The notes beneath the pieces are model-generated. The model saw only the letters and a program-made list of their open reading frames with translations. It ran no database searches and was not told the DNA's origin. A stretch of DNA of 64,000 nt, taken from positions 62,001 to 126,000 of the forward strand of contig JAQGDQ010000362.1 of assembly GCA_030141605.1 (NCBI GenBank). The letters run 5' to 3'. This document shows, in pieces, positions 14,376 through 29,137 of this stretch. A program made the position numbers and the translations under genes. The stretch is from Tubiluchus corallicola. Taxonomy: Eukaryota; Animalia; Priapulida. Every line of letters begins with the position of its first letter. Within the stretch, counting starts at the first letter, position 1.

Positions 14376-16660
14376 AGTAAATGGTAATGAAAGCACTGCA
14401 ATGTAAAGCAAAAAAATCACGTACAGCTTTCTGGCGAGAAAGCGACTTTTTTCCTAGTAACATTTTGGTATAAATTAACATACGTTATAGTATCCGGTTT
14501 ACATTCTTGTTCGCCACAGGTTTTTCTAGATTTTTATATTAATTACCCCCTTACTGGTTTCCACTTCAACAGCGTAGTGGATGACAGTGCCACTACAACT
14601 CTTTGTTATTCAACTTTCCCACGGTGAGCTATGGAAAACGGGTAAATCGCTGCGAAAGGAAATGGAAATTGGGAAATTTGCAGCTTTGTGTGTGCACGGG
14701 TAATCGGCCACAAATTGCTTGTTAATGATCGTGTTCACGAGTTTAACGTGCTCGGCTTAGGAACGGATACTCTAAAGTGTTCTTTTTACATCATGCAAAC
14801 AACAAGAATAAAACAATAACCGTGCTAGGCTAGGTGTCAAGGTCGGGAAGGATGTTGCAGCGATTTATCATGTTTATGACTTACTACAACATTTTCTTAT
14901 TGAGAGTCGTATTATTTCGCAAGAAATTATATATTTTCTGTAGTTTTTGTAAGAAGATCATAATCGTGGCACCCTTTCCCATATTGTATAGTATTTTATT
15001 CGGTAGCAACGTGTTTATAATATTTGCAAAAATATAAACAAGTTAGTATACAAGGATATGTTATAAAAACAGATAAGTCTAGGACATTGACAAATTACAT
15101 CTTTAGCTATCCAAAACCTCATAAGTACTCATTCCAAGATGTAAAATATTTGGGATACGCATTTCATCACTGTTAAACATATTTACTAAAATAGGGTGAT
15201 TTCCTTAAACCCATGTGGCTCCTAAACACAGCCAACTGCAAAGCTGGAAACTTGTGCAGCACACGTGTTCAACAAATTAGAACCTTTACTGCCTGGAAAA
15301 GGAGAAAGTCATTAAAAAGAAGAAGAAGCAGAAATCCAATGATCTGTAGAACTGGTGGCTGTAAATCAAAGCACAACTCAACCAGCCAACTGACCAGCCT
15401 TACTCAACCATCTTTCCACGGGGCTAGATTATCTAGCTACAGTCTAGCTAACAAACTAATGTTCAACCCACCAATCAACTCACTAACCAACTAAACTAAC
15501 ATTCACTCTACTGACTGAATGCAGACCAGTTAGCCGAAAATCTGCTAGCCAACTACGTAACTAATCTAAAAGATGGTGACAGTTTTGACTAGCTTATTCG
15601 AATCTATTATCTATTTCACAATATCAGTTTTACTGGTGAAAAACATGATAATACATTTTGTCTTGCACATGACTCAACGTCTGGACTGCAGGATAAGTGA
15701 GACTATTATTACCACGCATTGTCTACGTGACGGAAATTGAAATTGTCCCTTTTGCTTGCCATTACCTCAGAATTGTTATAAATGCAGCTATTAGCTGCAA
15801 ACAGACCGGGAGTTTTTCTGTAAAAATCTATTAACTATGTTGTTAGTTCCACCAAATATGACGGTCTTCTGCGATTTTCTGCAAAAAAAGAGTTAGCGGG
15901 ATAATTTCCAGTCTTCTTGTGGGAAACAATAAAAGAGAGCAATCCTGGATTATTTGTATAGGCGCAGAAATAGATTATTGCAAAATATTTTTTGTAGATT
16001 TTGTGTTTGGTTTTGCAAATCGGATTAGAAATAACGCGCAAAAGCCTGAAAAAGACGAAGACAATCACCCCAATGTTTAGTTCACTCGCTATATTGTTTT
16101 CTAAAAATCATTGTCCGTAACTTTAAATATTTATATTTGCAGATAAATGTATGTAAACTTAATTTTTAAACATTCGACATATTCAAATTCAGAAAATTTT
16201 AAACATTCATGTAAAGCATAAACACACATGAAACATACATGGGTATTTACTGTAGGCATTTTACTTTGTATTAAATTTCACGGGTTTGTATTAAAAGAAT
16301 AAACATAAAATTTAGATACACATCTGAAGTACGCTATAAACACGCTTTAAATGCAATTGAAGAAAGCAAGTTGTCAAACGGTTTAGAATTAACAGACTCC
16401 ATTAGGATTAAACGTTATTACACAGCGATATACAGCCACATGCAGAAGTTCAGTCCAATCTGTAAATATGTTTTTTTTTACTGTAGGCGATGAGGAATAC
16501 CATTAAAATGATAAAGTTATCAAAGTTTCTGCCCTTGACGGATCAGTTTTTAAATAGCTAAGTAATGTAAGTCTATTTATTGTCAATTCATTTGATAATT
16601 ATTAAATAGTGTGATCAAAGAGTGACCATATTAATTACAGCTTCTATAAATGCCAGAAGG

Positions 16661-16766
16661 CAGAAATGCCAAAAAAGTAGACTGCCATTAGGTTGGTACA
16701 CAATATTTTAAAACAGAAATGCCAAAAAAGTAGACTGCCATTAGGTTGGTACACAATATTTTAAAA
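16661..16766. repeat. Perfect tandem duplication, 2 x 53 bp
   Basis: CAGAAATGCCAAAAAAGTAGACTGCCATTAGGTTGGTACACAATATTTTAAAA at 16661 and 16714. Confidence 0.95.
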
Positions 16767-19700
16767 ATAGGCCAGTCATATTATGTCGATTCTTTAGCCG
16801 GCACTTTTATTAAGTTTCTGCCAGACTCTATCAAATATTGAAAGCAATAATGTCTAACAATAAAAACACTTAATTTAATAGCAGCTATAATTTCAAGTGA
16901 GTGACGTGAGCGTAATCAGTCTAGTGGTTTGAAACTTTTAATCCGCTAATCTCATGCGTGAGAGCTGAGCCGGATTATTGTTAACACAAGCATTCGCCGC
17001 ATGTTGTGAAATTTGAAACGTGCATTTGCATCCATTACAGTTATGAGCAACAAGATAAAGATATTATAAGTGATTTATGACTATTTGCAAAGCAATGCGG
17101 GTTTAAGTACCTATCAAATGACTTTTCTCGCTAGAAAAAAATGACGGCATTTGTTGCTATGTAAATTTAATTTTAAGAATTTGCCTATAGCGTTTATGAT
17201 TGGTTTGTTGTAATGGTATTTTAGTTTGTGACCGCAATAGGGACAATTGCTGAAATTTGGCGCAAATAATATTTTTTTTATTTTTAGTGTTGAACTAAAA
17301 TGTACATTGATAATGCACTACAAACTTAAAAATTGTCACTTAAATCTTTGCTATATAACCGACGTACAGACACTATGAGACTGACCAAACGCTCAATGAT
17401 AATTTGCCATATGTTTGAAGAAATTATCTTAAGTAACATATTTGCTAATTAATAAAATAGTTAGGCTTTACACTTGTTCTTTATATTATAATAATATGTA
17501 TCTGAGTTGTATAAGTAAATGAATTTTTGTGATATTAATAAATACGCTGCTACTAAATATTGAAGCTGGCGTTTTATAATTTTGGCATATCGCGTAAAAA
17601 CACCCATCAACCTCTCAAAGAAATGGCGTAATTAAACTGCTTCATGTGAGTAATATTTCGCTGAGTTTTGTCGATAAATAATCAGGAAATACAAAATCCA
17701 TAACATATAACTAATTTAATAATCTGCATGACGGAATGCAAATTTTCATAATACAGTCATTTATATTACATTAACAAATAAATTAGCTTTTATTACCTTG
17801 ATATTGTGCTATGCATAAAGCTCGCGGGATAACGGAAGTAAGAAAAGAAGGAAAAAGAAAGACATGAAGGCGAAAAGGGAGAAAGAAGGGGAAAGGAAGG
17901 AAGAAAGAAAGGCAGAAAAAAGGAAGATAAAATGAAAAACGAAAAAGGCAGTAGAATATAAAAAGAAAAGCAGAAAAAGGAAGCGAGAAACGAACAAATG
18001 AAGAAATGAATGAATGACAAAAAGATGACTAACAGCTGCATAGCAAATACTGGGTAAGAATTAGGATACTTTAAATCAATATACTTTAGACGAATTAAAC
18101 AGTGTAATAAACGAAATTATAAACGTTATACTAAAAATTAGGCAAATTGGAAAATAGTCACTTAAATCTTTGCCATATAACCGACGCACAGAACTCTTAT
18201 ACTGACAGAGCAACTGAATTACTGGCCATTATAATCCCCACAGAAAGTTTGTGTGAAGTAGCAAACCAATGCCTGGCTGGGTGGCTGGCTATCTATCGGT
18301 CTGTCTGTCTGTAATAAAACAATCATCACTACCGTGGTATGATCTCAGGTGTGAATAAGAAGAACTGCTGTGCGGACGTTTCTTTTTCCCATGATAATCT
18401 AAAATTAATCTTTAATGTAAAATTATTTTTTGTGATATTTATGTTTAATTGTATTTGTGTTGCATGAATTCACGTTTGAATTGTTTACATTTCTTTTGTG
18501 TTCTACCGTGTAATGTTTATTCTGCTTTGCACAAATACTAATTGAGCGATATATCTTCATTAGAATATCGTAAAACGTAGCAACGCAACGGCTACTAAAC
18601 TAGTTTTGTCAGTTAACGGATCTCTTTATTATTTTGCACTAATTTAAAAACTATTATAATCAAAGATACGAAAATTATTGTTTGGTAATTACAGCTGCCT
18701 GCTCTTTCACACACTATCCTGATTTCCTGTGGCCTCACAACTCTTAATTTAGTCAATTCTGTCGGAAATGTTCGCCATTGCTAACCGGTCGCGTTGAAGA
18801 GCATTTAATAGGGGAAATCAGCGCCAACTTTGCAACATCATTGAGCTGGAAACAGCAAATGGGCTCTTATTACAGTTCAGTAAAGCCACTTTATGCAAAC
18901 ACTGGAGTATTTCGCTATTCACACAATAGTGAAAGACAATATTTGCCTAGAGTGCTCACTGTCCTTCGGTTCATAGGGCTACCCTAATTAAACGAGTCCC
19001 AGTTACAGTAAAAAACATCAAAATAAACAGAGAGTGAATAAAAAGAAAATACGACTGAGGCAGCGCGCCTATTATCATAATGATATGATGAATATGATGA
19101 TGATGATAATAGGGCTATTGGCCTACAAGTTTTAATTTGTGTTTTGAGAAAGTTTCTATGACCTAGATAGACGATCTTCATATAATGTGCCTATATTAGA
19201 AATTAAAACCAGTTTTAAACATCTATTCCTAATTAATAACTTATTAGTGCGTATAATTCAGTTGTCTCTTTAGTGTTCAAAAAGTGCGACAAACATATAC
19301 ACAAATAGGTAGATAGATAGATAGAAAGACAGATAAGAGGAGAAGAAAGACACAGGGAGAGAAAGAGAGAGGGAGAAAGTCGTCATGGTCATCAATTTCG
19401 AGAAAACTAAGATTCGATACAAAGAGACATACATATTAAGTAAGTACATACTTAATAGTAAATACATAATAAGTAATAGCAAATTGTATGTAGAAAGACA
19501 AATAAACAGAGAAACATGCAGAAGAGAGAGAGAGAACTCAGAAAAGGAGAAGAAGAAAGACACAGGAAGAGAAAAAGCGGGAGAGAATCGAGAGCGAGAG
19601 AACGTGTTGCATGATGTACACGTGCACGATATACATGCTTCTATAGCGTTTACTGAGGACGCGTGCCATATGCATGTTAAATGTAAGGCACGCCGTAATC

Positions 19701-19979
19701 TATCATCTGTGATTAACGGTACTGTCACATAACCATAGCAAGATGTAACTGGGCATCAATTTTATCTCACAGTTATTAGCCTTGGGGTAAGGAAAAGCAT
19801 CATCCGCACATGGTCTAGGCAGAATCCGTCTCCGAGTAGCTACGTTATCGCCAATAAATCTTTTTTCATAGCGTTATGTAAGTCTGCGCACCTGTCATGA
19901 ATATGTGATGTATGGTACAAAAGGTAACTGTTTTTTCTTGATTTTTAATACAGTTCAGCACCCTGTAAGCTGGTTTCGC

Positions 19980-20220
19980 TGGACTAAATGCAGAGCCCAC
20001 TAATGAAGATGGCTGTGGCAAGACGGGAACTTACTCACAGAAGCTACTGAGGGTTTAAATGCATTTACAGCGTCTCCCTCAACGTGGGAGCTGAGCAGTA
20101 AAATAGTGTAATCTGCCCAAGTTTTCGGCAGTCACCCATTTATTTACTAACTGGACTAGGCTTGTTTATATTCATAGTCAAGTACGAGTACTGTGAATAC
20201 TCAGTTCCTCTGGCCTGGAT
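19980..20220 (-). mobile_element. Decayed SINE with 5S rRNA-derived head (SINE3/Deu-like)
   Basis: + strand CAGTCACCCATTTATTTACTAACTGGAC...TACGAG...TCAG...TGGCC aligns by eye to the reverse complement of 5S rRNA. The - strand body has GAGACG..TAAA...CATTTAAACCC...GAGTAAG...TTCCCG.CTTGCCA, resembling the Deu domain. Confidence 0.4.
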
Positions 20221-23200
20221 TTAAGAGTTGATTGAAAATTATTTTTTGTGGAATTGCCGGTAAAATGTTTTGTCCTCTTTTTAGGATGAGACTAAACTTT
20301 ACAAACTATCCGAAAGAAATGTTTCGTTGTCAACGCCTAGCAAATTATTGCTTTGAGGTGAGACTGTAACAGCAGAGTGGTACAAACTGCTTTATAGTAA
20401 GTTCTTACTCAATATACCACTTGGTATGTCATCGTATTGTTCCATTTTTTTGGTCTACCACTTGCTTTGCTTTTTGTCTGAAAAGTAAAATGTTGTGTAA
20501 GGCAACGCAGCAGTTTTTTTTTGTTCAACGTATTCATAAACTACTACTTCATAAACTAGATGTTGTCTAGCTGATCAGTCATTTTTGGCAGTTTTTTGTT
20601 TCCGTGACTTCGTTGACTTATCTACCTTTCATTATCTTGTATTGTTTGTAGGTTTTATACGAATTCGTGTAGCCGCACTAAATAGTCAGACCAGTCGGTG
20701 TAGATTTTATGCAAGTTTTATTCACGCGAGCTTGTCTGCTTTTCATTTACTTTCCATGTTACTTTTCATGTTTTCAAGTAAAGAAAATAAAAATTTTTCT
20801 TATACGACCTAAGAGCTGAGCACACTTGGATGCAGGATTTTTATGAGTGAATTTGTCTGGGAATATTTTATTTTGCATTATATAAGAATCCGTGTAAATG
20901 TAATGTGTCCATTAAATGTTATGAGCCAATTAAACCCCTTTATTTAAAACTACTCCTAGTGTGTCTAAGGAATATCCAGATATTATGCAGTTTTTTAGTA
21001 AACCACTTTGTCTGGTTTTTTAAATATTATGTATTGCCAGTAATCTAGTTAGTATAATAGCCTGTCGTCTTTTTATGTCTATATATTTTTTTATTTTCAG
21101 CAGTGTACAAGTACACTCCTTTATCTTGCATAATAAGATTCCATGTTGAAGCGATAATGCTGTCTACAATAATTTTTATTCAGAGTCTCCTAATGACTGC
21201 GGCTGTTTTTTATGTCGTTACATAACATGTTGAAAATAATGTGGCTTGCGTTTTTATGCCCTCCATTGCCAGCGGGATGGAAAGGCGATTAAGCCTGAAG
21301 GCATTGTTTAGTACGTGGGAAGAGACCCAAATAGCATGCATATTATTCATGTAAGCAAAAACATAATCAATATGGTGAATACATCTTCCTGCCTGTTGTT
21401 AGCTTCTTTTAAAAATATTTCTATGTCAGGGATGTGATTAACAGTTACCTGGGTATTGGCTGTATACCCCTATAGTGCCCACTGCGAGCACCTGTGTGTG
21501 TGTGGGTGGGGGTTGAGATGTTTTGTATGTGTGACTGAGTGAGACTCTCCCGGCTAAGAGCACCTGCGCAGAGGACACTCCCGATTCTTCTACGCCTCCT
21601 TTGTTACAGTTTTGTAAGCAGTCACTCGGATAAAACAGATCAGTCAAAAACACAAAGGCACGTTTCTTAAGTGCATCTCTATTGTCAGATGCACACAAAG
21701 ACGTAAAATTATAGTAAATGATTCTTAAATGTGGCGGGACTTTTTTATATAAATGCTTGCTTGTTTTGACCAGGCAGAAACACCTGTAAAATCTTGTACC
21801 TATAACACATTTACATGTAGAAAAAGTTATAATGAAAATTATTTCAAGATTTTAAAATATTTTTTCCTTCTTTCGTTTTGCATTGCTTAAGAATCGTATA
21901 CCTACACAAAAGGCTTTGATAAAAAGTGGGACGTTATTTTTAACCCAAGCATTCTCAACCTTGTTGCAAGAAATAACTGAACAAATTACTTTTACAGAAT
22001 TTAAAGAAACTGCTTTGTGCCGCAACTAAATACTAACGCGTAGTTGCGGTTCCTTCAAGGTCTTCTTAACAAGTTCTTAAATGCCCAAAAAGATTTGAAA
22101 AGGGTTGTACGCCATTGATATACTGACACTTTACTGAATTTTGCTGTGTAGGGCATTTGTTCAAGTGTCATGCTTTTTAATTAGAATTTACCTGGCAAAT
22201 ATGTTTTGGATAAAGAACTACTCCATTTATTATATCAGTAATTCTATTTGGTTAAACAAATGATTTGTAACAAAAGTTAAAGTAGTCTGCTTAGTCCCGC
22301 AGCGATGCTAGATAATTAATGTCTGTAGTGACCATTGTGAAGTTTGTGTGGAGTAACGTTTTTTACATTTCAAAATACAAAGGCTTGCCTGGCATTTCTC
22401 TCAGTAAGATGCTAGATTTGTGCTTTTTTGAGCAACTTTAGAGCAACAGTCACGAGTCACTGCACGAGATGGCGTGAGATAGAGTCAAACAGATTCAATG
22501 GTTTTGTCAGGTGGCTTTTAGTTGTTCAGTATTTATACAATCAATCCTGATGCAAAAAAAACAGATTTATACAAACGATCCATTAAAAACTATCTTGACG
22601 ACAGCGACTTTAAAGAAACTTCAACACAAATTAACTTTTCTTGACAATACAGATGTATTTTAAGTTTACGTACTTTCAACTAATCGTGCCCCCTGCTGTG
22701 TAACACAGACGATACCAATCGGAACCAGATTTTTACAACTTACAACACTTTGGGACTCACTGTAAGTTGAGCTGTCTTCACGTTTTTCCCGACGGCAGTA
22801 ATTTGTAAAAGTTATTTTCTTACAATTTGCCACTGTGCAACCCGACAACCCGGATAAGTTTTTTTCCATCGAACATTCATCATTTTCCAGACACCATAAG
22901 TTTCTGTTAAGAAAAGGGCTTTTGTTAAAACAAATTGAGGATAACGTGTAGCTCTGTTGTCTATGACTTGATAAATGCATGTCTTGACAATAGCGCAGAG
23001 CGAAAACTGCAAAGTCACTTTGAAAACAGATTGGTGTAAGAAAAGAGAATACTTTTCCTGTCATTTCTATTTTAGCGTCTGGGATAAATTTAATTTCTAA
23101 AATGGTAAATTTGTTTTTAATTGCAGCTTAGTTGCACGAAGAGTTTAAGTTCGCGGTTAACCATCTTTTTACGATTTTTGATTGACGCGTTTGCTCTTTG

Positions 23201-24664
23201 CTATATTTTATTTGAGAGAGTTGTGAAGCATTACGTATTTCTTACATGCAATTCAAAAGCGTGGTATTCAACATGCGCATTCTAATTTTTCAGGTAATTA
23301 AACTGTAATTCATATTTTATTCAGGGGCAATTTTAAACGTTTAACTTGAAGAGTTTAAGGACGTTTTTACTTTTGGAGATGTGTGAGCATAATTTTTACC
23401 AATTCAACAATAAATTTATTTAATACCTTATTGCAGTGCTTCAGCAACTTTTGCAAAAGCCGTCTTAAAACAATCAGTGAATTTCCTTTTTTTAACTTGA
23501 TATCCTAGAAAGCCTAAGAGCAAGATCAATTTCGGGTAGCACCAGGCCATTTGTGGCTATGGAAAAAGGGTTTCATATAGCTCACTAAAGATATAGAATC
23601 GAGCATGCAGAATCGGCCCACTGTTGTACATTTGTATTCTAATTTGTCTTAAAATCAGGAGAAGAATGATCGATGCAAAGTCTTCAAAAAGAAGCTGCTC
23701 TGAAGAAAAATTGCATTAAACCGTGAGATCGTTCCGTACAAAGAGTTCAGTACTGTTCTCCACCCTGTTTACTTTACTAAATGTAGTAAATATTAGGCCG
23801 ATAATTTGATTGTGATTATTAATTTCATATTTATATGACAAAAAACAAAAATTAAAAATTTGTTCCCTTCAAAGTTTATTTAGACTTTAGTCTGAATGAT
23901 CTTATATCCGTTTATCAATCCAAGTATTGGCTATCTTGCGTAATTTAATGAGTGAATAATAAATTAGTTGACGTATCTGTCCTTCAATACAGGAACGAAT
24001 TCTTGGATAGAGTTAATTTGTGTGGAGATGGTGTAAGACAATAATTTGGAATCCTGTAACTGTTGTGTCGTCTTAGCGTCACCTTTATAATCGCCTTGTT
24101 GCTCACCCTGTGGAAAAATTTAGTAACAGCGGAGTGTTTGCTACAGTCTGTTGAGCGCACTGCCTGCTTGCTCCCTCTGCAGGCAGTAAACAGAAAATTT
24201 TGTAAATATTGCAAAGAAGTAAATAAGTGAGTGAATGACATAAATAAATAAATGAGCCAATAGTTTAAATATGAAAGAATATATGAATGAAAGAATGAAT
24301 TAATAAATGAATGAACAAGAAGCTTAAAGCTTAGAGCAAAATGGTGAAATCAATGAATGAATGTGTAAGTAACAGGAAAGTAACTCCTTAGTCCTTTATT
24401 ATTTTATTTCACTTTTAACTGCCTTGTCACTCGTGTATTGCACTTTGCCACCACGTGATAACTACAAGACACTAACCAGATAATTTTGCACAGAGGTTTC
24501 TGTAGTTACGTCGATATGATGATCAAAAAACAAGCTTGTTTGCTATGGCAGTTTCACGAGAATAAGAAAAATGGTGAGCTTTTTCATTTTTAACGCAGAT
24601 GCCTAAATTCTGAAACCTTTCTTTTCCATGACTGCGTTCTCTCCCCTCTCACTCTCTATACCCC

Positions 24665-24676
<12 letters not shown>

Positions 24677-24732
<56 letters not shown>
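24677..24732. repeat. (CT)n microsatellite
   Basis: Seen directly. Confidence 0.95.
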
Positions 24733-24735
<3 letters not shown>

Positions 24736-27700
24736 CTCTTTATGTATATAGCAAATAAATTACGAGGCATGCGTCATTACGATAAACACGCTGGTTGTCC
24801 TTGTTTCAATTAAAAAACCGCAAAAATTAAATGCGTTTGTGTGTTTGTTTTATTTACATTTATTTCAATATCAGTGCAGACGTATAGGTCCACATCTAAA
24901 TTACAGTTAAACTAAAAAATTAGAAATTAATAAAAGGAATAGATAATCATAATGCGAATATAGTCGATCATTGTTAATTTGGTTTTTAGAATTGCATTGT
25001 TTATTTGAACATTTAGAATATTCAGCCGCCAAATTAATAGTTCTTAGAATAATCTATTACGTTTCAGCTTATACTGAATTTAAAGTTCAAAACTCCAAAA
25101 CCAAAGACCAATAAAGCACTGTGTAAACTTGTGTATTTATTTTGTTAACACGCTTTTGCGCGCGACTGGCTCGACTTTGGACAGTCAATCGTTGGATTCA
25201 AGCAGTTTTCTATAACAGGAAGTTGAGGATTTGTACGCAGCAGAATGTGGTTTCTTCGAAGTCTTATGGGTCGTTCCGTAATATAACCAAAAGGTAAAAT
25301 GTTTTATTACATTACGAGGAAACCAGGCCAAGCATTCAAATACGACATTAGACTTATTGGCGCTTTGTGGCTATTTTGGCACATTTCATAGATTATCAAT
25401 TAACCAATCGAAGATTGATCCATTTAAAGTTTTAATACTTTTGTCTGCTCCTCTGAGGGATGGTGGTGATCCAACCTAAAACGCATTCTTCTTAGGAGGC
25501 ACAAACGGTTTATTGATATACGGTCGTGAATTGGTCATTAGCGTAGTTTTAAAAACTCAGAGTGTTGCTGCCAAGCCAGTTAAACCATTTTACAGCTTTG
25601 AATCAGCGAAAGCCGTTTAGTTAAGCAGCAAAAAGAGAGTTTATCGGCAAATGATCAGCTATTTGCTTACTGGCCAGAAAAAGTTAACCTAAAGTTAACT
25701 CCAATACGTGATCCCAAAATGTTTGCGTGTGTGTAGCTTAAACAAACAGAAGTAAAGCAGGCTAGGTTTTACTTTTTTCGAAAATATTGGCGTTTGGTGA
25801 CCATATTTCTTTTTACGTGCTCGATTTTTTTCAAAATAACTGAAAAAACTTTTTGTGTAATGTCGTAATTTAACTGAAAAATATAAAAAGCATTCCTAAA
25901 TTATAAATATTGTAAAAAATTAAGTTCGTTATTGCTCTCTGGACGTGGTCACTATCAATTATTACAAGTCTCCCTACAAATTTTCATCCACTGGGTCACC
26001 ATACTTCGTACTTTCTTCTAACTCTTTCGTTTATCAGTAGAATAAAGCTCAGAAAAGGACCTATTACTAGTCTTTCTAGTGACACGTACTGAAATTTTGT
26101 CACATCCATTAAGTCAAAACCTTCAGGTGAAGCATTTTCCATACCACGACTGACTGCTTTTTAACCGTTCATGCGGCTCTTCTCATTAGCAGTTCGCTTG
26201 GGTGTTTTTACGGTTGTTTGAAAAGAAAAGGAACTGTGTTACAAGATAGATTAGTTATCTTTACAAGAACGAATTTACTGAGAATCTTTACCTAACATAG
26301 AAGCGTCAAATGGGAAAAAAGATCAATTAGACTTGCATTGCTATAAAAGAAAAAACAGTTTTCAAAACTTCAAAATTTTGAAACCTTGAAAAAGCTAGAA
26401 AAATGAGTTTTTATTTGAAAAAATTAAAGTTACCTACCGGTAACAAATGTCTTTTTTTAAATTTTCGTAAGGTTACTTACTAGCATCATCTCATATTAAT
26501 ATAACAAATGGATAAACAACAAAAAACATGAACGAAATGTAATAATTACGTCACATAATACAACGATTATAACTGTACAATGACTGCATATATGCTTATT
26601 ATTTTAACATTTTACCCTGTAATAACACACCTACCACCTACTCAAATTGTATTAGCAGTCCTGCCCCAAAATTCAAAGTGTAACGATAACCGTAACACTG
26701 AAAACTTGATCAAATAAATTGTCAAATAAATTAACAACATGTCAGGAACGTTTCTGAGTCAAGTTTAACCCGTTTTCAAAAGCAAAATTTCAGCAGAATT
26801 CGCTTTACCACTCGTGTGTTTCTTTGTAGACCTACAAATATTATTATATGACATTATTATTACATATAATAGCGTAGCATAATAAACAAAAAGACAGTTA
26901 CAAAGATAACCACAACAATCAGCTATATATATATATGTATATAATTCTGTATTATTTATAATTATATATTATAATTCTTATTTTATATTATGCATATTTA
27001 TGTGCGCAGCATAAATTTACACGCTACACAAATATGATACGGTAATAAAGAATTTGTTTTGCAAATTATATCTAAATCTTTTAAAAATTTTATTCAAAAT
27101 AGACGCCAAAATTTCTAATACAAAGAAAATTAATGGCTTTCTAAATCGAATAAAGCTGTACTTTACCGAAAGCGCTCCAAAACAGAAGACTGCATTAAGC
27201 TACCGTATATTATTTGCTGCGTTAAACAGCACAGTAATTAAATGGATTATTTCTTAAAATAGCTTTCTGTCAAGTAGAAGATCTGTATCTCTGTTGTTTA
27301 CGCATTTAAAACCGCTATAATTTATGTAATTTGTGTGTTCACAACATCAAGACTTCATATATTTAGTTGACCATACTGTTGACACTTTCATTGTCGAATT
27401 AATAATGTTTTTGTCATGCTGGTAATGTATAATTTTCTGTAAAAAAACTAAAGTAAATGAAATTTGTGTAACCTTAACAGTATGTGACGGTGTGAATATC
27501 ATTTGGAAAATGTCAGGATTAATCTCTATAAATATCAGTAAAAGAAAATAAAGCACAGTTCACACTTGTCGAGTATCCGTTCAACAATTTTTCGGCCTGA
27601 GCAAATGAGTTGGATATGTATGTGATAACTTCTAAACGTGTAATGACTTCATAATGCTTCTAGTAATTAATCTTTGTAAGTATTATAAAGAATCAACAAC

Positions 27701-27739
27701 TAAAAAACCAAAAAAAAAGAAAAACGATATCTTACTTGC

Positions 27740-27870
<131 letters not shown>

Positions 27871-28293
27871 TGTAATGTACCAACAAGTTATACTCATCAA
27901 TTACACAAAAAAACAAAAGATAATAAGAGAGACCAGTCAAATACTTAACTTAATTAAGCTCGTTGGGTGCTTCAACCATGAACCATCACAACGTCCTACT
28001 CCATTAAAAAATCCGCCTGGCATATAATGCATTGCATACAAACTATCATGGAGTTTCCCGTTGTCTTACGTCTCCTCTGCGCTTATCTCTTATCCAACAA
28101 GTTGCTTGGATCTCTGTGCCTGAATGACTAACAAGTTATCTAACTTCTGTTTGGAGGTTGTATCAATGCAGAAATTGAAGTGCAGCAAATATTTATAGTT
28201 TGCAATAGTTTATTCACATCACTTGGTGACCCATAGCAATACCAAAGCAACACCGGCAGATCCGTCAGGTTATTAGAAAGCTATAGCAATCTC

Positions 28294-29137
28294 CGGGGGT
28301 GGATTAAAGGTTCACGGGCCTAAAGCTGTCAAACAAACATAGGGCCTAAACGTATGGATTATGTAGAAATATATAATTCATTTATGCTATCATGCTGATC
28401 CCTGCATTTATTCGCACGTAATATTTCAGCACAATACTGTGTCTGTTTGGTTAAATATTAACTTAAAATAAAATATCAGACGCGTGCCATCAAATTTCTC
28501 GGAAGCTATTAAAAATATTATGGAGCTGTCTTTAGTTTTTGTACTAATTTACCAACAGCCTTTGTCATTACTTGCCGCGAATGGAAATGATTTTGTTTAT
28601 TGTGCCTTGTCTCCTGGATTAGCATGAAGGCGAATTGCTGTTTGTCATTGAAGCTACCTCTGATGAGGATTCTAAAATGTTGGACAACGTTAAAAGTATG
28701 CTGCATATGTCTAAACATCTTACTGTTACAACTGCCGAATTCTTGTGCCTAAATGGCCTATATAAAATACCTTGTGTCAAAATTACATATGTGTCCAAAA
28801 CAGACGGTGCCCAATTTGCGTATGTAGCCAAGACTACGAGTGATGTCTAAGTGTTTTGTGGAGAAGCATCCTGTGTCCGAATGTGTAGATCTACTGAGGA
28901 GAATATGCCTCTAATGTGAGTCTATTTTGTGTGTAATAATAGGCTTAATCGCTCGAGCACGAGCAGTGTACAAAAAGATAAATAAATATTCTTGTATTCA
29001 CGTATTTAGTTTAAATAACTTTGTTATTCTGTTTACTAATAGCATTGTGTCTGTTTAATTTGTCTTGACTACGAGGGCGTATAAAAATTTTGGGCCTAAG
29101 CTATAGCCTTACTAGCCTAAAGGTTAATCCGCCTCTG
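28294..29137. mobile_element. hAT-type non-autonomous element (844 bp)
   Basis: Imperfect TIR: left CGGGGGTGGATTAA, right end reverse-complements to CAGAGGCGGATTAA. Perfect 8-bp TSD GCAATCTC at 28286-28293 and 29138-29145. Repeated subterminal GGGCCTAA motifs at both ends. Confidence 0.88.

Noticed and set aside
14690-14800. Possible Nin/Meta SINE core (GTTTAACGTGC, GTTCTTTTTAC)
   Set aside because: Motifs are short, their order does not fit, and no tRNA head was found.
17330-18195. ~40-bp imperfect direct repeat (GTCACTTAAATCTTT...ATATAACCGACG) at ~17335 and ~18157; similar pair at ~50510 and ~50688
   Set aside because: Too short for LTRs, with no TG..CA ends, TSD or internal coding sequence; treated as old local duplications.
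20115-20220. Functional 5S rRNA gene
   Set aside because: Too diverged, solitary, and fused to a SINE-like body.
20286-21133. Spliced micro-ORF MRLNFTNY...CFE|QCTSTLLYLA*
   Set aside because: Only 34 aa with no recognisable feature; at most a uORF.
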